64,000 bases of DNA from Collinsella sp. (GTDB lineage: Bacteria > Actinomycetota > Coriobacteriia > Coriobacteriales > Coriobacteriaceae). The notes beneath the pieces are model-generated. The model had not been told where the DNA came from. It made no database searches and saw only the letters and a list, made by a program, of their open reading frames with translations. A program made the position numbers and the translations under genes. Positions 41,255 to 51,551 of this stretch are shown piece after piece; position 1 is the first letter of the stretch, and each line of letters opens with the position of its first letter. Location of the stretch: positions 42,378-106,377 of the forward strand of contig DXLW01000030.1 in NCBI GenBank assembly GCA_019414505.1, written 5' to 3'.

Positions 41255-42265
41255 CTAGTTGCGGAGGGCATTATCTAGGGTGGCGGCCACGATCAAGGGG
41301 TCGTCGGTACCGGCGAAGAGGCGGATGGTGCTCCCCTGCTTGCCGCGTGGGGCCGAAAGGCGCGTCGTTGCGCCGCCGGCGGGCGATGTGCGAAACTCCC
41401 CGGGCAAAGCATCGAACAGCTCGCGCGCACTACGCTCGATAAGGTCAAATTCAACTGCCGGACCAAAGCCGTGCTCGAGGATTCCCGTTGCAACCGCATG
41501 ATCGGGATGCGAGCTCAGCCCGGGATAGCGCACGTTGCACACCATCTCGTTGGCGGCCAGATACTCGGCCAGCGCACGGGCGCGGTCGAAATGCGCCTGC
41601 ATGCGGACGTCGAGCGAGTCCAGCCCGCGCTTCAGCACACCGGCCTCGTCAGCAGTCAAATCAAGCTTGGCCAAGCCACGGCCCACAAGCAGGGCATGCG
41701 CGCACTCGGCAGCGGCATCCACACGATGGCGCTTGAGCTGCGAGCGCGCCACCGAAGCGGCAACGAGCTTGCGCGGAGCATCACCGGCGCATACACGATC
41801 GAGCGCCTCGAGCGACAGCACAGCACCCAGCCGCAGCGAATCGCAGCCAAAAGCTGACGCCACGGTATTGTCCACAACCAGCAGCGCATGGGCCTCACGC
41901 GCCGTGCGGCCCAAAGCGCGAAGGTCGGGCACACGCAGGCCAAACCCACCGATTGAGTTCACAAACCACCACAGGTGCGGCCCCTCGGCATCAAACGAAG
42001 CATCAAAACCCTCGGACGCAGCAGCAAACGCCGCAACCGACGGCTCGCCCACCATAGCCACGTCGCAGGCATCAAAGCCGTGCGCAAACGCATCGACAAA
42101 GTCGTCCGCAAAGGCCACCAGGCGGTCACCGGGACGCACAATACCCAGCAGCGACAGAGCCGCCGGCACATGCGGGGCCGCAACAAGACGCGCCTCACGC
42201 GCGCCGGTCCTTACAGCCCAGGCCTCTTCTAGCTGCTGTACATCCACAAGGCATCGCCCCTTCAT
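41255..42265 (-). pseudogene. Cys/Met-metabolism PLP-enzyme homologue, N-terminally short and apparently lacking the Schiff-base lysine (pseudoenzyme or gene remnant)
   Basis: Family motifs YPGLSSHPDHAVA and IRLFAGTDDPLIVAATLDNAL are present. Where S-x-T-K is expected the sequence reads SLEALDRV. About 60 N-terminal residues of the family are absent, no SD box is visible, and the start abuts the scr terminator. Confidence 0.5.
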
Positions 42266-42269
42266 AAGC

Positions 42270-42305
42270 AAAAACCCACGATGCGGGTGTTCCCCGCATC
42301 GTGGG
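42270..42305 (-). terminator. Intrinsic terminator of the scrA-scrB operon
   Basis: Minus strand reads cccacgatgcggg-gaaca-cccgcatcgtggg followed by ttttt. Confidence 0.8.
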
Positions 42306-42343
42306 CAACGGCTGCAGTATAGCGCCGATATGCGACGAATCGC

Positions 42344-43885
42344 CTAGATGTTGAGCGTGCGATAGGTCACATTCGCGCCCGGAGCGTCAACGGTCACGCC
42401 ATAGGCCTCGGGATAGATGCGCGTCGAAAACACGAGCGAGCCATCGTTCACAAACACCTCGACCGACGAGACATCGCCAACAATGCGCACGTTGCGCACC
42501 TCGTCGACGGGCTCCCAGCGCACGGTACGACCGCAGCCGGCAGAAGCGCGACCCTCATCGGTAAATCGCATCTCAAAGCGCGAGGGCAGTTCGCCCTCGG
42601 CGGGCACAAACGCCAACTTCAGCTCGCCATCAACGGTCGCGGTAAACGCGCCATCGACACCGTTGGCAACAACGTCAAAGCAGGTATCGCCGTCAACCTC
42701 CAACGAGCCCGCCCCCACACGCACCGAGGCATAATGGCGCTCGATCTCGCGCGCCGGCTGCTGCAGCACCAAGCCGCCAGCACCGGCTGTAAGCTCACGC
42801 GGCACCGTCATACAGTGCTGCCAGCCACACGCCACGGTGGGTGCGTTGCCATAGGTCGGCTCATCGGGCATGCCCATCCAGCCGATCAGAATATGTCGAC
42901 CATCCTCGGACGTAAACTCCTGCGGAGCATAGAAGTCAAAACCGGCGTCCCACAGGCGGAACTCGCCCAGCTCATAAGTGTCATTATCACCGGTGATGTC
43001 ACCCGTTACAGGCATATAGCCAGCAGCATACACATTACCGCGGTCCCAACGACCACCTTCGAGCCCCTGGGGCGAGAAGGACAGCCACTTCGCCGGTACA
43101 CCGCCATCCGACTCAAGCTCAAGGTATCCCGGGCACTCCCACATAAAGCCAAAGCGCTCGGGCGTAGACACACGGCTCTCGAGCTCCCAGCTCATCATGT
43201 CCGCCGAACCGTACACCAGGATCTCGCCCACATCGCGCCCGGCACCCTCGCCGTGCATGGCGCAAAATCGACTATCGACATGCGGCCCGTCCACGCGACG
43301 ACGCGCGCCCAGCACCATGTGGTAACGTCCATCATCATCGCGCCACACCTTGGGGTCACGCACGTGGCAGGTCAAATCCTCGGGATAATCCTCGGACGCC
43401 AGCACCACGCGCTTTTGGCTGAACTCCCGACCGGCAAGGCCATCAACGCTCTCGACATAAACAGTATCGGCGCGGCGGCCGGTATTGACGTAGTCGTACG
43501 TGCCGTCCGCATCGGAAAGCTTAACGTTGCCCGTATAGAGCACGCGAATGCGGCCATCCTCGGCAAGCGCGGAGCCCGAGTACACGCCATGGCAGTCAAA
43601 CGGCTCGTCGGGAAGCAGCGGCGCGCCAACATATTCCCAGTTCATAAGGTCGCGGCTTGTCGCATGACCCCAGGCCTTAACGCCGCCCTCGACATCAAAC
43701 GGCGCATACTGAAAATAGGCATGGAACACGCCGCCCGCCTGGCAAAGACCGTTGGGGTCGTTGAGCCAACCCGCCGGCGGCATAATATGGAAGCGTTGGC
43801 CATACGCGCCATGACCGCACTCAGAGGCGGCGGCGTCAACAGCGGCGACCAGCTTTGCAAGGTCGCGACCAAGTGCATTAGACAT
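42344..43885 (-). CDS. scrB: Sucrose-6-phosphate hydrolase (GH32)
   Basis: GH32 catalytic blocks WLNDPNGL, RDPKV and WECP are present. It lies adjacent to a sucrose-type PTS EIIBC gene. Confidence 0.9.
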   Translation of the reverse strand: MSNALGRDLAKLVAAVDAAASECGHGAYGQRFHIMPPAGWLNDPNGLCQAGGVFHAYFQYAPFDVEGGVKAWGHATSRDLMNWEYVGAPLLPDEPFDCHGVYSGSALAEDGRIRVLYTGNVKLSDADGTYDYVNTGRRADTVYVESVDGLAGREFSQKRVVLASEDYPEDLTCHVRDPKVWRDDDGRYHMVLGARRRVDGPHVDSRFCAMHGEGAGRDVGEILVYGSADMMSWELESRVSTPERFGFMWECPGYLELESDGGVPAKWLSFSPQGLEGGRWDRGNVYAAGYMPVTGDITGDNDTYELGEFRLWDAGFDFYAPQEFTSEDGRHILIGWMGMPDEPTYGNAPTVACGWQHCMTVPRELTAGAGGLVLQQPAREIERHYASVRVGAGSLEVDGDTCFDVVANGVDGAFTATVDGELKLAFVPAEGELPSRFEMRFTDEGRASAGCGRTVRWEPVDEVRNVRIVGDVSSVEVFVNDGSLVFSTRIYPEAYGVTVDAPGANVTYRTLNI

Positions 43886-43992
43886 ATCAAAGTCCTAACG
43901 GATCGAAAGTTACAAGGCACAAGAGATCGGCACCAGATACGGGAAACGCCCGCGAGCATACAACCCGCGGGCATCCCCTCAATCAAAAGCTC

Positions 43993-45393
43993 TTAGGCCT
44001 GCTCGGAAGCCTTGGGCTCGTCCTTGTACAGGACAAACGAGACGGCAAAGGAAACCAGCGCGGCGACCGCAAACATGATCGCGTACTGCACGGGTTGGGC
44101 CAGGCACAGCAGGATACCGAAGATACCGGTAACGCCCGTGCCGGAGGCGGCCAGCGAAGTGAGTGCGCAGACCAGGGCACCGCAACCGCCGCCGATGCAG
44201 CCGGCGATGAAGGGCTTAAAGAAGCGCAGGTTCACACCAAAGATGGCAGGCTCGGTAATGCCCATGAAGGCGGACAGGGCCGAAGGAAGCGCCAGACCCT
44301 TGATCTTGGCATCGCGGGTCTTAAAGGCAACGGCGAGTGCGGCGCCACCCTGAGCGATGTTGGCAGCACTGGCGATGGGCAGCCAGTAGGTCACGCCGTA
44401 CTGGGCAAGCTGGCCCAGGTCGATGGCGGTGTACATCTGGTGGATACCGGTAACGACCGTGGGGGCATAGAACAGGCCGACGATAAAGGAACCGATGCCG
44501 AAGGGCAGGGTCAGAAGGGCCTGAATCAGACCGAGGATGGCGTTCTCGGCCCAGACAAAGATGGGGCCGACGGCAACGAGAGTCACGAGCACGGTCACGA
44601 ACACCGAGACAAGCGGAGTCACAAAGAGATCGAACATCTCGGGAACGATCTTGTGCAGGCGCTTCTCGAGGAAAGCGAGAATGGCACAGGCGATGACGAT
44701 GGGGATCACATGACCCTGATAGCCGACCCACTCAAAGCTGTACACGCCGGGGATGACGTTGACCATGGTCTGCACGCCCTCGGAGGCAACCGTATAGGCG
44801 CTCTGCAGCGAGGAGTTGATGAATGCACCACCGACGACGGCGCCCAGGTACGGGTTGGCGCCAAAGGCCTTAGCTGCGGAGTAACCGATCAGGATCTGCA
44901 GAATGCCAAAGGACGTGCCCGAGACCAGGTCGGCAATCTTATAAATAAAGTTATTGGTGTCGAGCGCGATAAAGCCGTTGGAGGCCATAAAGTTGAGGGC
45001 GCTCATAATGCCCAGCAGCAGGCCCGAAGCCACGATGGCGGGGATGATGGGGACAAAGACGTCGCCGAGCACCTTAATGGCACGCATAAAGATGTTCTGC
45101 TGCTGCGCCGCTGCCTCCTTGACCTCGGCCTTGGTGGCAGCCTCGACGCCGCTGAGCGCAATAAACTCGTCGTAGACCTTGTTGACGGTGCCAGTGCCAA
45201 AAATAATCTGGAGCTGGCCCTGGGCCTCAAAGACGCCCTTGGCGCCGTCGATATTCTCGAGGGCCTCCTTGTCGACCTTGGCGTTATCGGCAATCACAAG
45301 GCGCAGACGCGTGGCGCAGTGTGCGGCAGAGACGACGTTGTCGGCGCCACCGATATTGTCGAGCACCTCTTGGGCTGATTTGCGGTAGTCCAT
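43993..45393 (-). CDS. scrA: PTS sucrose-family EIIBC component
   Basis: EIIB motif from ATG 45393 (MDYRKSAQEVLDNIGGADNVVSAAHCATRLRL), followed by a polytopic EIIC. Confidence 0.9.
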   Translation of the reverse strand: MDYRKSAQEVLDNIGGADNVVSAAHCATRLRLVIADNAKVDKEALENIDGAKGVFEAQGQLQIIFGTGTVNKVYDEFIALSGVEAATKAEVKEAAAQQQNIFMRAIKVLGDVFVPIIPAIVASGLLLGIMSALNFMASNGFIALDTNNFIYKIADLVSGTSFGILQILIGYSAAKAFGANPYLGAVVGGAFINSSLQSAYTVASEGVQTMVNVIPGVYSFEWVGYQGHVIPIVIACAILAFLEKRLHKIVPEMFDLFVTPLVSVFVTVLVTLVAVGPIFVWAENAILGLIQALLTLPFGIGSFIVGLFYAPTVVTGIHQMYTAIDLGQLAQYGVTYWLPIASAANIAQGGAALAVAFKTRDAKIKGLALPSALSAFMGITEPAIFGVNLRFFKPFIAGCIGGGCGALVCALTSLAASGTGVTGIFGILLCLAQPVQYAIMFAVAALVSFAVSFVLYKDEPKASEQA

Positions 45394-45449
45394 GACTTCC
45401 CTTTCCTCCAACGGGCGCATCTGCACCCGGCCATCTTTGACACTTACAC

Positions 45450-45463
45450 TGTAATCGTTTTCA
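45450..45463. promoter_or_regulatory. cre / LacI-family operator-like site TGTAATCGTTTTCA (site 1)
   Basis: Fits TGWAANCGNTNWCA at all defined positions. It lies 57 nt upstream of the scrA start. Confidence 0.6.
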
Positions 45464-45475
45464 GTCTCATATGTC

Positions 45476-45489
45476 TGTAATCGTTTTCA
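45476..45489. promoter_or_regulatory. cre / LacI-family operator-like site TGTAATCGTTTTCA (site 2)
   Basis: Identical 14-mer, 26 bp from site 1. Confidence 0.6.
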
Positions 45490-45577
45490 CAGTAGGGTGA
45501 ACGGTAGGAAAAAGCCGGCGAAAGGTAGTTTTAAAGCAAAAAGAGGCGGCTCAGAGACAGGCAGACGTGCCCAAAGC

Positions 45578-46558
45578 CTAGACATTCATAAGCTGATGGC
45601 CGAGCTTGAGCGTCTTTAGACCACTCTCCCCCTCCACGCCATCGAGCGTGTTGAGCAACATATTGGTCGCCTCGACGCCACTGGTCAGGTAGCCATAATG
45701 CACGGTGGGAATGCCGCCCGTCAGCGCGCGCAAAAACGCGTTGTCGCCAAAACCGCTCACGCGGTGTATGCCCTCGCCCATACCGCGAACCTCATCGATG
45801 GCACGCAGCGCGCCCGCCGCCATGGTGTCGGTCGCGCAGGCGACAAACGAAACATCGGGGGCATCGGCAAGCAGCTCGCGCGCAGCGCGATAGCCCGAGT
45901 CGAGCGTAAACGAGCCCAGGCGAATCAAGGCAGCATCGAGTGGGTTACCCGCGGCGCGCAAACCGGCTTCAAAACCGCGGCGGCGTTCATAACCAGCCGC
46001 GCGGTCCTCTTCGGTAACTCCAATGTAGGCAATCTTGCCGTCCACGCGACCCGCAAGCGCACGGCCCAGCTCAAAGGCAGCCTCGTAATCGTCGTGATAG
46101 ACGCACGCCGCACCCTCGACATGCTGGCCGATCAACACAATGGGCACACGGCACGACTCAATCGCGCGACGGTGCTCGTCGGTGATCATGGTTGCCACCA
46201 GCACAATGCCATCGACCGGGTGGTTTTGGAATAAATCGAGGTACTCGAGCTCGCGATCGGGGGCGTTATCGGTATTGGCAAGCAGCATCTGGTAGCCACG
46301 GCGACCAAGCACCTGGCCAATACCGGCGGTAATGCGGCTCACGGATTCCGAGTTGATCTTGGGTACGATGACGCCGATGAGCTTGGTGGAGCCGGTGCGC
46401 AGCGCACGAGCCTGACTAGAACGCACGTATCCGGTCAGCTCAATCGCCTTCTTAATGCGCTCGGCCTTGTCCGTCGATATGTAGCCACCGTTGAGGTAGC
46501 GCGAGACGGCGGCGCTCGAAACGCCCGCCAACTCGGCCACATCTTTCATCTTTACCAC
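45578..46558 (-). CDS. scrR: LacI-family transcriptional regulator (probable sucrose operon repressor)
   Basis: HTH MKDVAELAGVSSAAVSRYLNG plus a periplasmic-binding-protein-like effector domain. I prefer GTG 46558 as the start (the AGGGG box has suitable spacing); ATG 46549 is the alternative. Confidence 0.85.
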   Translation of the reverse strand: MVKMKDVAELAGVSSAAVSRYLNGGYISTDKAERIKKAIELTGYVRSSQARALRTGSTKLIGVIVPKINSESVSRITAGIGQVLGRRGYQMLLANTDNAPDRELEYLDLFQNHPVDGIVLVATMITDEHRRAIESCRVPIVLIGQHVEGAACVYHDDYEAAFELGRALAGRVDGKIAYIGVTEEDRAAGYERRRGFEAGLRAAGNPLDAALIRLGSFTLDSGYRAARELLADAPDVSFVACATDTMAAGALRAIDEVRGMGEGIHRVSGFGDNAFLRALTGGIPTVHYGYLTSGVEATNMLLNTLDGVEGESGLKTLKLGHQLMNV

Positions 46559-46768
46559 GAGCACCCCTGTCATTGAAATCGCTTTCACCATGATACCCGT
46601 GAAGACGGCATCCGAACAAAATCGGCCCACCCAGGTCGAGCAAACGTCAGCGAGCGGGCAACTGCCGTGGCGAGGTGCCGCGAAAGAGGAGCGAAGCGTA
46701 CTTTATGTACGCGAGCGACGGTTTGAGCGGCAGATCGCCCGGCAGATGCCCGCGCAGCGTCGAGCGGT

Positions 46769-46790
46769 CCGGCGTTTGTTAAAACGCCGG
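46769..46790 (-). terminator. Stem-loop directly after the DUF4956 stop (end of the pel-cotH-vtc operon)
   Basis: ccggcgttt-gtta-aaacgccgg. There is no T-tract, so this is weak as an intrinsic terminator. Confidence 0.4.
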
Positions 46791-46797
46791 AACATAA

Positions 46798-47463
46798 TTA
46801 GCCGTGGTATTCGCCGTTGTACTGGATGAGTGTGAGGTCCTCCACGCCGTCAAGCGCGCGAATAGCGTCGGCATAGGGCATATCCACACCGTCCGAGAAC
46901 AGCTCGACGGCCATCTCGACTTTGTCGCCGCGCATGGTCTTGGACTTGACAGTGAAGTTGGTGCGCCCAAACGCGCGCACGATATCGTCGCCTGTGGTCT
47001 GGCCTGTGTAGTGAATGACCATCATGTACACGCGCGCCTTATCCTGATGACTCGCAAAGCCGGCGATCATCACCACGATCACCACCGCCGTGAGCCCCAC
47101 GAGCGCATACATGCCGGCGCCGGCCGTAATGCCCGTGGTAATGGCCCAAAATAGATACAGCAGGTCGAGCGGGTCCTTGACCGCCGTACGGTAGCGGACG
47201 ATGGACAGAGCACCGACCATACCGAGCGAAATGACCACGTTTGTCGAGATCGCGAGCGTAACCATGCAGGTAAGCACGCACATACCCACGAGCGTCACGG
47301 CAAAACTGCGCGAATACACCACGCCGGTAAAAAAGCGCTTGTACACGTAGTAGATCAGGATACCCATGGCGAGCGCCACGAGCAGCGAAAGGCCAATCTT
47401 GGCGGGATCGACCTGGCCAAACGCCTCCAAGACGGAGTTCTTAAAAAAGTCCCTGGTGCTCAT
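46798..47463 (-). CDS. DUF4956 domain-containing membrane protein
   Basis: 221 aa with four hydrophobic segments. The LSIVRYRTAVKDPLDLLYLFW block is one I associate with DUF4956, and a soluble C-terminal domain follows. It sits 3 nt after the VTC gene. Confidence 0.75.
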   Translation of the reverse strand: MSTRDFFKNSVLEAFGQVDPAKIGLSLLVALAMGILIYYVYKRFFTGVVYSRSFAVTLVGMCVLTCMVTLAISTNVVISLGMVGALSIVRYRTAVKDPLDLLYLFWAITTGITAGAGMYALVGLTAVVIVVMIAGFASHQDKARVYMMVIHYTGQTTGDDIVRAFGRTNFTVKSKTMRGDKVEMAVELFSDGVDMPYADAIRALDGVEDLTLIQYNGEYHG

Positions 47464-47466
47464 GGT

Positions 47467-48258
47467 CTAAATATCCCCTCGGTTCTCAAAATCCGATTCC
47501 CAGTAATTAAATCCGCGAAGGTAGGCGGTCTTTTCGTAACACAGGCAGTACTTGGAGACCGCCGTAAGCTCGGCCGCTCCCGGCGGCACCATATCGCGCA
47601 CCAGCTGCGGGCAAAACTCCGTAAACTTGACCTCCATCACCAGCTTGCCGGGCTCCAGGACCGGCAGCGCGGGCAGCGTCGCGTCAAAGATATCGAAGCT
47701 TCCCACCGCGGCACGCACGTTCATGTCAAACGTGATGCGCACGGTGCCCTCATCCATCACCCACGGCTCGCGCTCGTAGTCCACGATGGTCCGCGGGCGC
47801 ATCATATTGCAGATGCACTCGATGTAGAACTCGCGACAGAGCGGATAAGGACTCCTCAGCAAAAAGTCGTAGTCGCCAGCCAGAATCTGCTCAAACTCGC
47901 CACGCGTGAGCGGCGCGTCCTCCTTGTAGATCCAGCTGCCGTACTTCTTTTTGCGCTCGAGCTTAATCACCTTGTCGCTGCCGTTATAGATGCGCACGCG
48001 ATACTTTTTGCGCATGAGAATGCCGGCGTCTTTTTCCTCGTAGGCCGAGTTGCAGTAGTCGTCAAAGTACAGGCTGCGAATGGTGTAACCGCCTGCCCGC
48101 GCATGCTTGTCCAGCTTAAAAACCGGCGCCATGCGACAGGCAAGCGCGGCGTGCTCGCCCTCGTTAATGAGATATTTGAGCTCGTGGCGGTAACGCTCCT
48201 GCGTGGCACGCACAGGCGGGGCCGCCAAGCGCTCAAGCAGCGCGCTAGCCCTCCTCAT
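47467..48258 (-). CDS. VTC-domain (polyphosphate polymerase-like, triphosphate-tunnel) protein
   Basis: RYRHELKYLI, IRSLYFDD, KKYRVRIY and KLERKKK beta-strand basic motifs are typical of the VTC/CYTH-like tunnel fold. The gene overlaps the CotH stop by 14 nt. Confidence 0.78.
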   Translation of the reverse strand: MRRASALLERLAAPPVRATQERYRHELKYLINEGEHAALACRMAPVFKLDKHARAGGYTIRSLYFDDYCNSAYEEKDAGILMRKKYRVRIYNGSDKVIKLERKKKYGSWIYKEDAPLTRGEFEQILAGDYDFLLRSPYPLCREFYIECICNMMRPRTIVDYEREPWVMDEGTVRITFDMNVRAAVGSFDIFDATLPALPVLEPGKLVMEVKFTEFCPQLVRDMVPPGAAELTAVSKYCLCYEKTAYLRGFNYWESDFENRGDI

Positions 48259-50014
48259 ACGTGTCCTCCACGACCTTACCGCCGTCTTGCACGTAAAAAC
48301 ACTTCATGCCGTAGTGCTTGCCGTCGTCGGTCACATAGTAGTCAAACGCATCTTGCGTATAGCCGTCGGAGTTGGTGGCACGCACGCGCACAAAATACTG
48401 GCCGGTATCGGGCGCATCACAGGTCACCTCGGGAAGCAGCACGTCCTCGGCCTTAAAGACCACGTCGCTTATGGCATAGTCACGCGCAAGCTCCACGGTG
48501 TAGCGAATGTCGCGCGCCTCAAAGTCGTAGGACGCATCCCAGTTAATACGCAGCTTACCGTTATCGATCTGCGGCACGCCGATGTAGAACGGCATGGGCT
48601 TTTTAAAACTCTCGCGAAAGCTCTTGTAGTTCTCCTCGATCTCGGAGGGAATCGCCGCGGCGATCTGCTCGTATTGGTCCTTGGTGACAGGCAGATGGTC
48701 GATATCGGGCGAAGCAAAGACCAGCGATTCAGTAACCTCGCGGTAGTGCTTGATCATCTTGCTCAGGCGTGCCTCGGTCATATACGAGCGCAGGTCCTTG
48801 ACGGCACGGTCGAGATCGCTGCGGAACGATTTGCTGCGCAGCGCACGATTGAACAGAACGTTGCCCCAGTAGTTGCTTACGCCGCGCTCCCAGCTCGCGT
48901 AGTCCGAAAACCCGGTAAGAGAAAGCTCCAGCTTACGAAGCATGCCATCGTTATCCCAATCTAAAAAGTACCAGGTATTTGAGTTGAGAGGACTGTACAG
49001 ATAGCAGTTACGGTTCTGCGTATCGCAGTTGCCCGTCAGAATCTGAAACGCCAGCCAATAAACCAGATTCTCGGAATCAAAGTGGGTGTCGAGCACGTCA
49101 TCGATCTTTTGCGATTCGTCGTTGAGCGCATCGAGCATCTCGATGAGCTTCGTGTGGTCCGTATCGCCCTTAATCTCGAGCATGCCTTCAAAGCTTGCCT
49201 GGTTGTAGTCGGGATCATCGGCAAGCTTAATGGTGTCCTCGTAGCGATGGAAATCAAAGCTGTTCACCTTGTACAGGTGCCCGCTCTTATCCAGGCCATG
49301 TGCCTTAAGCGCCGTCTTGTTGAGCTGCTCCACCTGCGTAAACAGGCCGTAGTCCTCAAAGGTATCGTTGGACTTTTCGGTCTGGTCGCACACCCACAGA
49401 TGCACAAACTGCGTGCGCAGGCCCATCATCTGGGGAATCCCGCGGATAAGGTCGTAGGCCATCTTGTTGCGAAAACGCATACCCTCGCCCATGTGCTTGT
49501 TGAGCGCAATCGCGCGCTGTTGGCGCCAGGTACCCTTGCCCTTTTTGAGCTCCACCTTGTAATTCTTCTGCGAGTTCATGCTCGATGTCTGACCGCGCAC
49601 CTGCACGGTAGCATTGGGCGCTTCCTCGCCATAGCCAACCTCGCCGGCAACCGGGCCGTCTTCGTCGCCCGGCTGTAGCAGGCCCATAACCTGATAGCGC
49701 GTCACGCCCATGTCGGCATAGTCATACACCGAGTACGTGTTGATCTCGGCCCAGCTGTGGTCGGTGTTCTCGGAGCTGTTGCCGCGTGAGACCGTCAAGT
49801 ACATGGTCACAATGCCCGAGTCATCGTAGACCTCGTAGAGCTCGTCCTTGTCGCGCAGGTGCTTGGCCTCATTCGAGGCCTCAGCCTTTTTAATCTTGTC
49901 CTGCTTTTTGACCTTTTTGGTCGAGGAGTCTTCCTGCACCGAGCAGCCCGAAAGCAACAGCGCACCGGCAGCCGCCTCAAACAGGCGACGGCGAGACATC
50001 ATCCTATCGGTCAT
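48245..50014 (-). CDS. CotH-family atypical kinase, predicted lipoprotein
   Basis: Lipobox LLLSGC. CotH-type block NCYLYSPLNSNTWYFLDWDNDGML. C-terminal beta-rich (Ig/FN3-like) region. The start overlaps or abuts the pelG stop. Confidence 0.8.
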   Translation of the reverse strand: MTDRMMSRRRLFEAAAGALLLSGCSVQEDSSTKKVKKQDKIKKAEASNEAKHLRDKDELYEVYDDSGIVTMYLTVSRGNSSENTDHSWAEINTYSVYDYADMGVTRYQVMGLLQPGDEDGPVAGEVGYGEEAPNATVQVRGQTSSMNSQKNYKVELKKGKGTWRQQRAIALNKHMGEGMRFRNKMAYDLIRGIPQMMGLRTQFVHLWVCDQTEKSNDTFEDYGLFTQVEQLNKTALKAHGLDKSGHLYKVNSFDFHRYEDTIKLADDPDYNQASFEGMLEIKGDTDHTKLIEMLDALNDESQKIDDVLDTHFDSENLVYWLAFQILTGNCDTQNRNCYLYSPLNSNTWYFLDWDNDGMLRKLELSLTGFSDYASWERGVSNYWGNVLFNRALRSKSFRSDLDRAVKDLRSYMTEARLSKMIKHYREVTESLVFASPDIDHLPVTKDQYEQIAAAIPSEIEENYKSFRESFKKPMPFYIGVPQIDNGKLRINWDASYDFEARDIRYTVELARDYAISDVVFKAEDVLLPEVTCDAPDTGQYFVRVRATNSDGYTQDAFDYYVTDDGKHYGMKCFYVQDGGKVVEDTYEEG

Positions 50015-51548
50015 CAGAACCTCCCCAATGCTTGCGATACACGCGAACTACTGCGCGCTCAAACGCGCCGTGCGGCACGCCCTTATGTCGGCCTTCCTCA
50101 TAGCGCTGTTCGGCACGGTCGAGCAAGCGGCCCAGCTGTGTAAAGCGACCCGTCTTGTCGGTCGCCACAATGGGCTGCTGGCTCAGGATACGATACGGCA
50201 AGTTGGAGGTATAGGTATCGAGCCGCAGCAGCGCCACGATAAAAAACACCGCCGCACCCAACAAAAAGCCAAAGCCGTAAAACTGCTGCGGCAAAAGCAA
50301 CGAAGCGGCAGTCGCCAGCCCGGCCACACCGGCAAACAGGCCCGAAGCCAGCACGGCCCCCTTATAGTCGGTAAAGTACAGCAAGATGAGCATCACCGTA
50401 TTGCCCACGGCATACAGGCCATAGCCCACGCACAGCGTGCGAAAATACCCGTGCATCAGGTTGTTAAAGCCCAACGGTAGGGCCGACAGCACCGTGGTCT
50501 CGAGCGAAATGACCGCCGCGGTCACAAACAGCTGCTTGAGCGCACAAAAGCGCAGTTCGCTGTTAAGCGTGGAGAGCATCTCCTCCTCGGCCACCACAAT
50601 GTCGCCCACCACGCCGCCGTCATTGAACAGGCTGTAGTAGTCGTGGTAGCGCGGATAGAAGTTGACCTCGACCGAGACCACAAAGTTGACGGTCGTGACC
50701 AGGATCGTCAAAAACGCAATGAGCGCCGGCACATCGTAGTAGGGCGCACCATAAAACAAGCCCTTGACCTGCACGCCAATAGGACCGGCCCAAATAATCA
50801 CCAGGTGCGCAAAAAGTCCCAGATTGGTTAACAGGCCCGTGAGCGCCAGCGGCATAAACTGATCGAGCCACTGCAAAAAGGGCCAGGGGCTGCGGTCGCT
50901 CTGAGGAAAATACCGGTACAGCAGCACCACGTCCCAGGCGAGCATGACGCCGTAGCCCAGAGCAATTGACGCCAACAAGCCCTCGACCGGCGGCAGTCCC
51001 AGCGCCAGCGCGGCCAGGGCGCACAGGCACGCCACGCCAATGGCAGCCGCAAAGCTGCACAGGATGCCGCGGTAATCCTTGATGGCCGTGAGGTAGCTCA
51101 TGCCGTTCCAGTTGACGATCATAATGTTGAACAGCCACAGACATAGCAGCCCCTGCAGCAGCGTGGCGCCCGAGAACAGCAAAAAGACACCGTAGAGCAC
51201 CGTGCCCGCAACGAGCATGACAGCATTGGAGCCCCAAAACGAAGGCAGAATCTCGTCCTCGCGCTCGGCAAACAACATATCAGCCAAAAAGCGCGTGACC
51301 GGCATGGAGAAAAAGCTCGTGAGCAAAAGTGAGGCCAGCAGTGTGTAGGTCACCATGCACACCAGCAGATCCTGGTTGGCACGGCCCACACCCCACAGAC
51401 CGCACAGCACCAAGATACCCACCTGGAGCAGCACGCCCAACAGCATGGGACCCGTGCACACAATGCCGGCGTAGCCATAAGCGCGCATCGTGGCAAACAG
51501 GCCCCTGCGCCTAAACAGGCGCTTGAGCTCAAAACCAATTCCGGCCAC
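50004..51548 (-). CDS. pelG: Pel exopolysaccharide export/membrane protein PelG
   Basis: The N-terminus MAGIGFELKRLFRRRGLFATMRAYGYAGIV is the characteristic PelG start. About 12 TM segments. Confidence 0.85.
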   Translation of the reverse strand: MAGIGFELKRLFRRRGLFATMRAYGYAGIVCTGPMLLGVLLQVGILVLCGLWGVGRANQDLLVCMVTYTLLASLLLTSFFSMPVTRFLADMLFAEREDEILPSFWGSNAVMLVAGTVLYGVFLLFSGATLLQGLLCLWLFNIMIVNWNGMSYLTAIKDYRGILCSFAAAIGVACLCALAALALGLPPVEGLLASIALGYGVMLAWDVVLLYRYFPQSDRSPWPFLQWLDQFMPLALTGLLTNLGLFAHLVIIWAGPIGVQVKGLFYGAPYYDVPALIAFLTILVTTVNFVVSVEVNFYPRYHDYYSLFNDGGVVGDIVVAEEEMLSTLNSELRFCALKQLFVTAAVISLETTVLSALPLGFNNLMHGYFRTLCVGYGLYAVGNTVMLILLYFTDYKGAVLASGLFAGVAGLATAASLLLPQQFYGFGFLLGAAVFFIVALLRLDTYTSNLPYRILSQQPIVATDKTGRFTQLGRLLDRAEQRYEEGRHKGVPHGAFERAVVRVYRKHWGGSDDR

Positions 51549-51551
51549 CGG

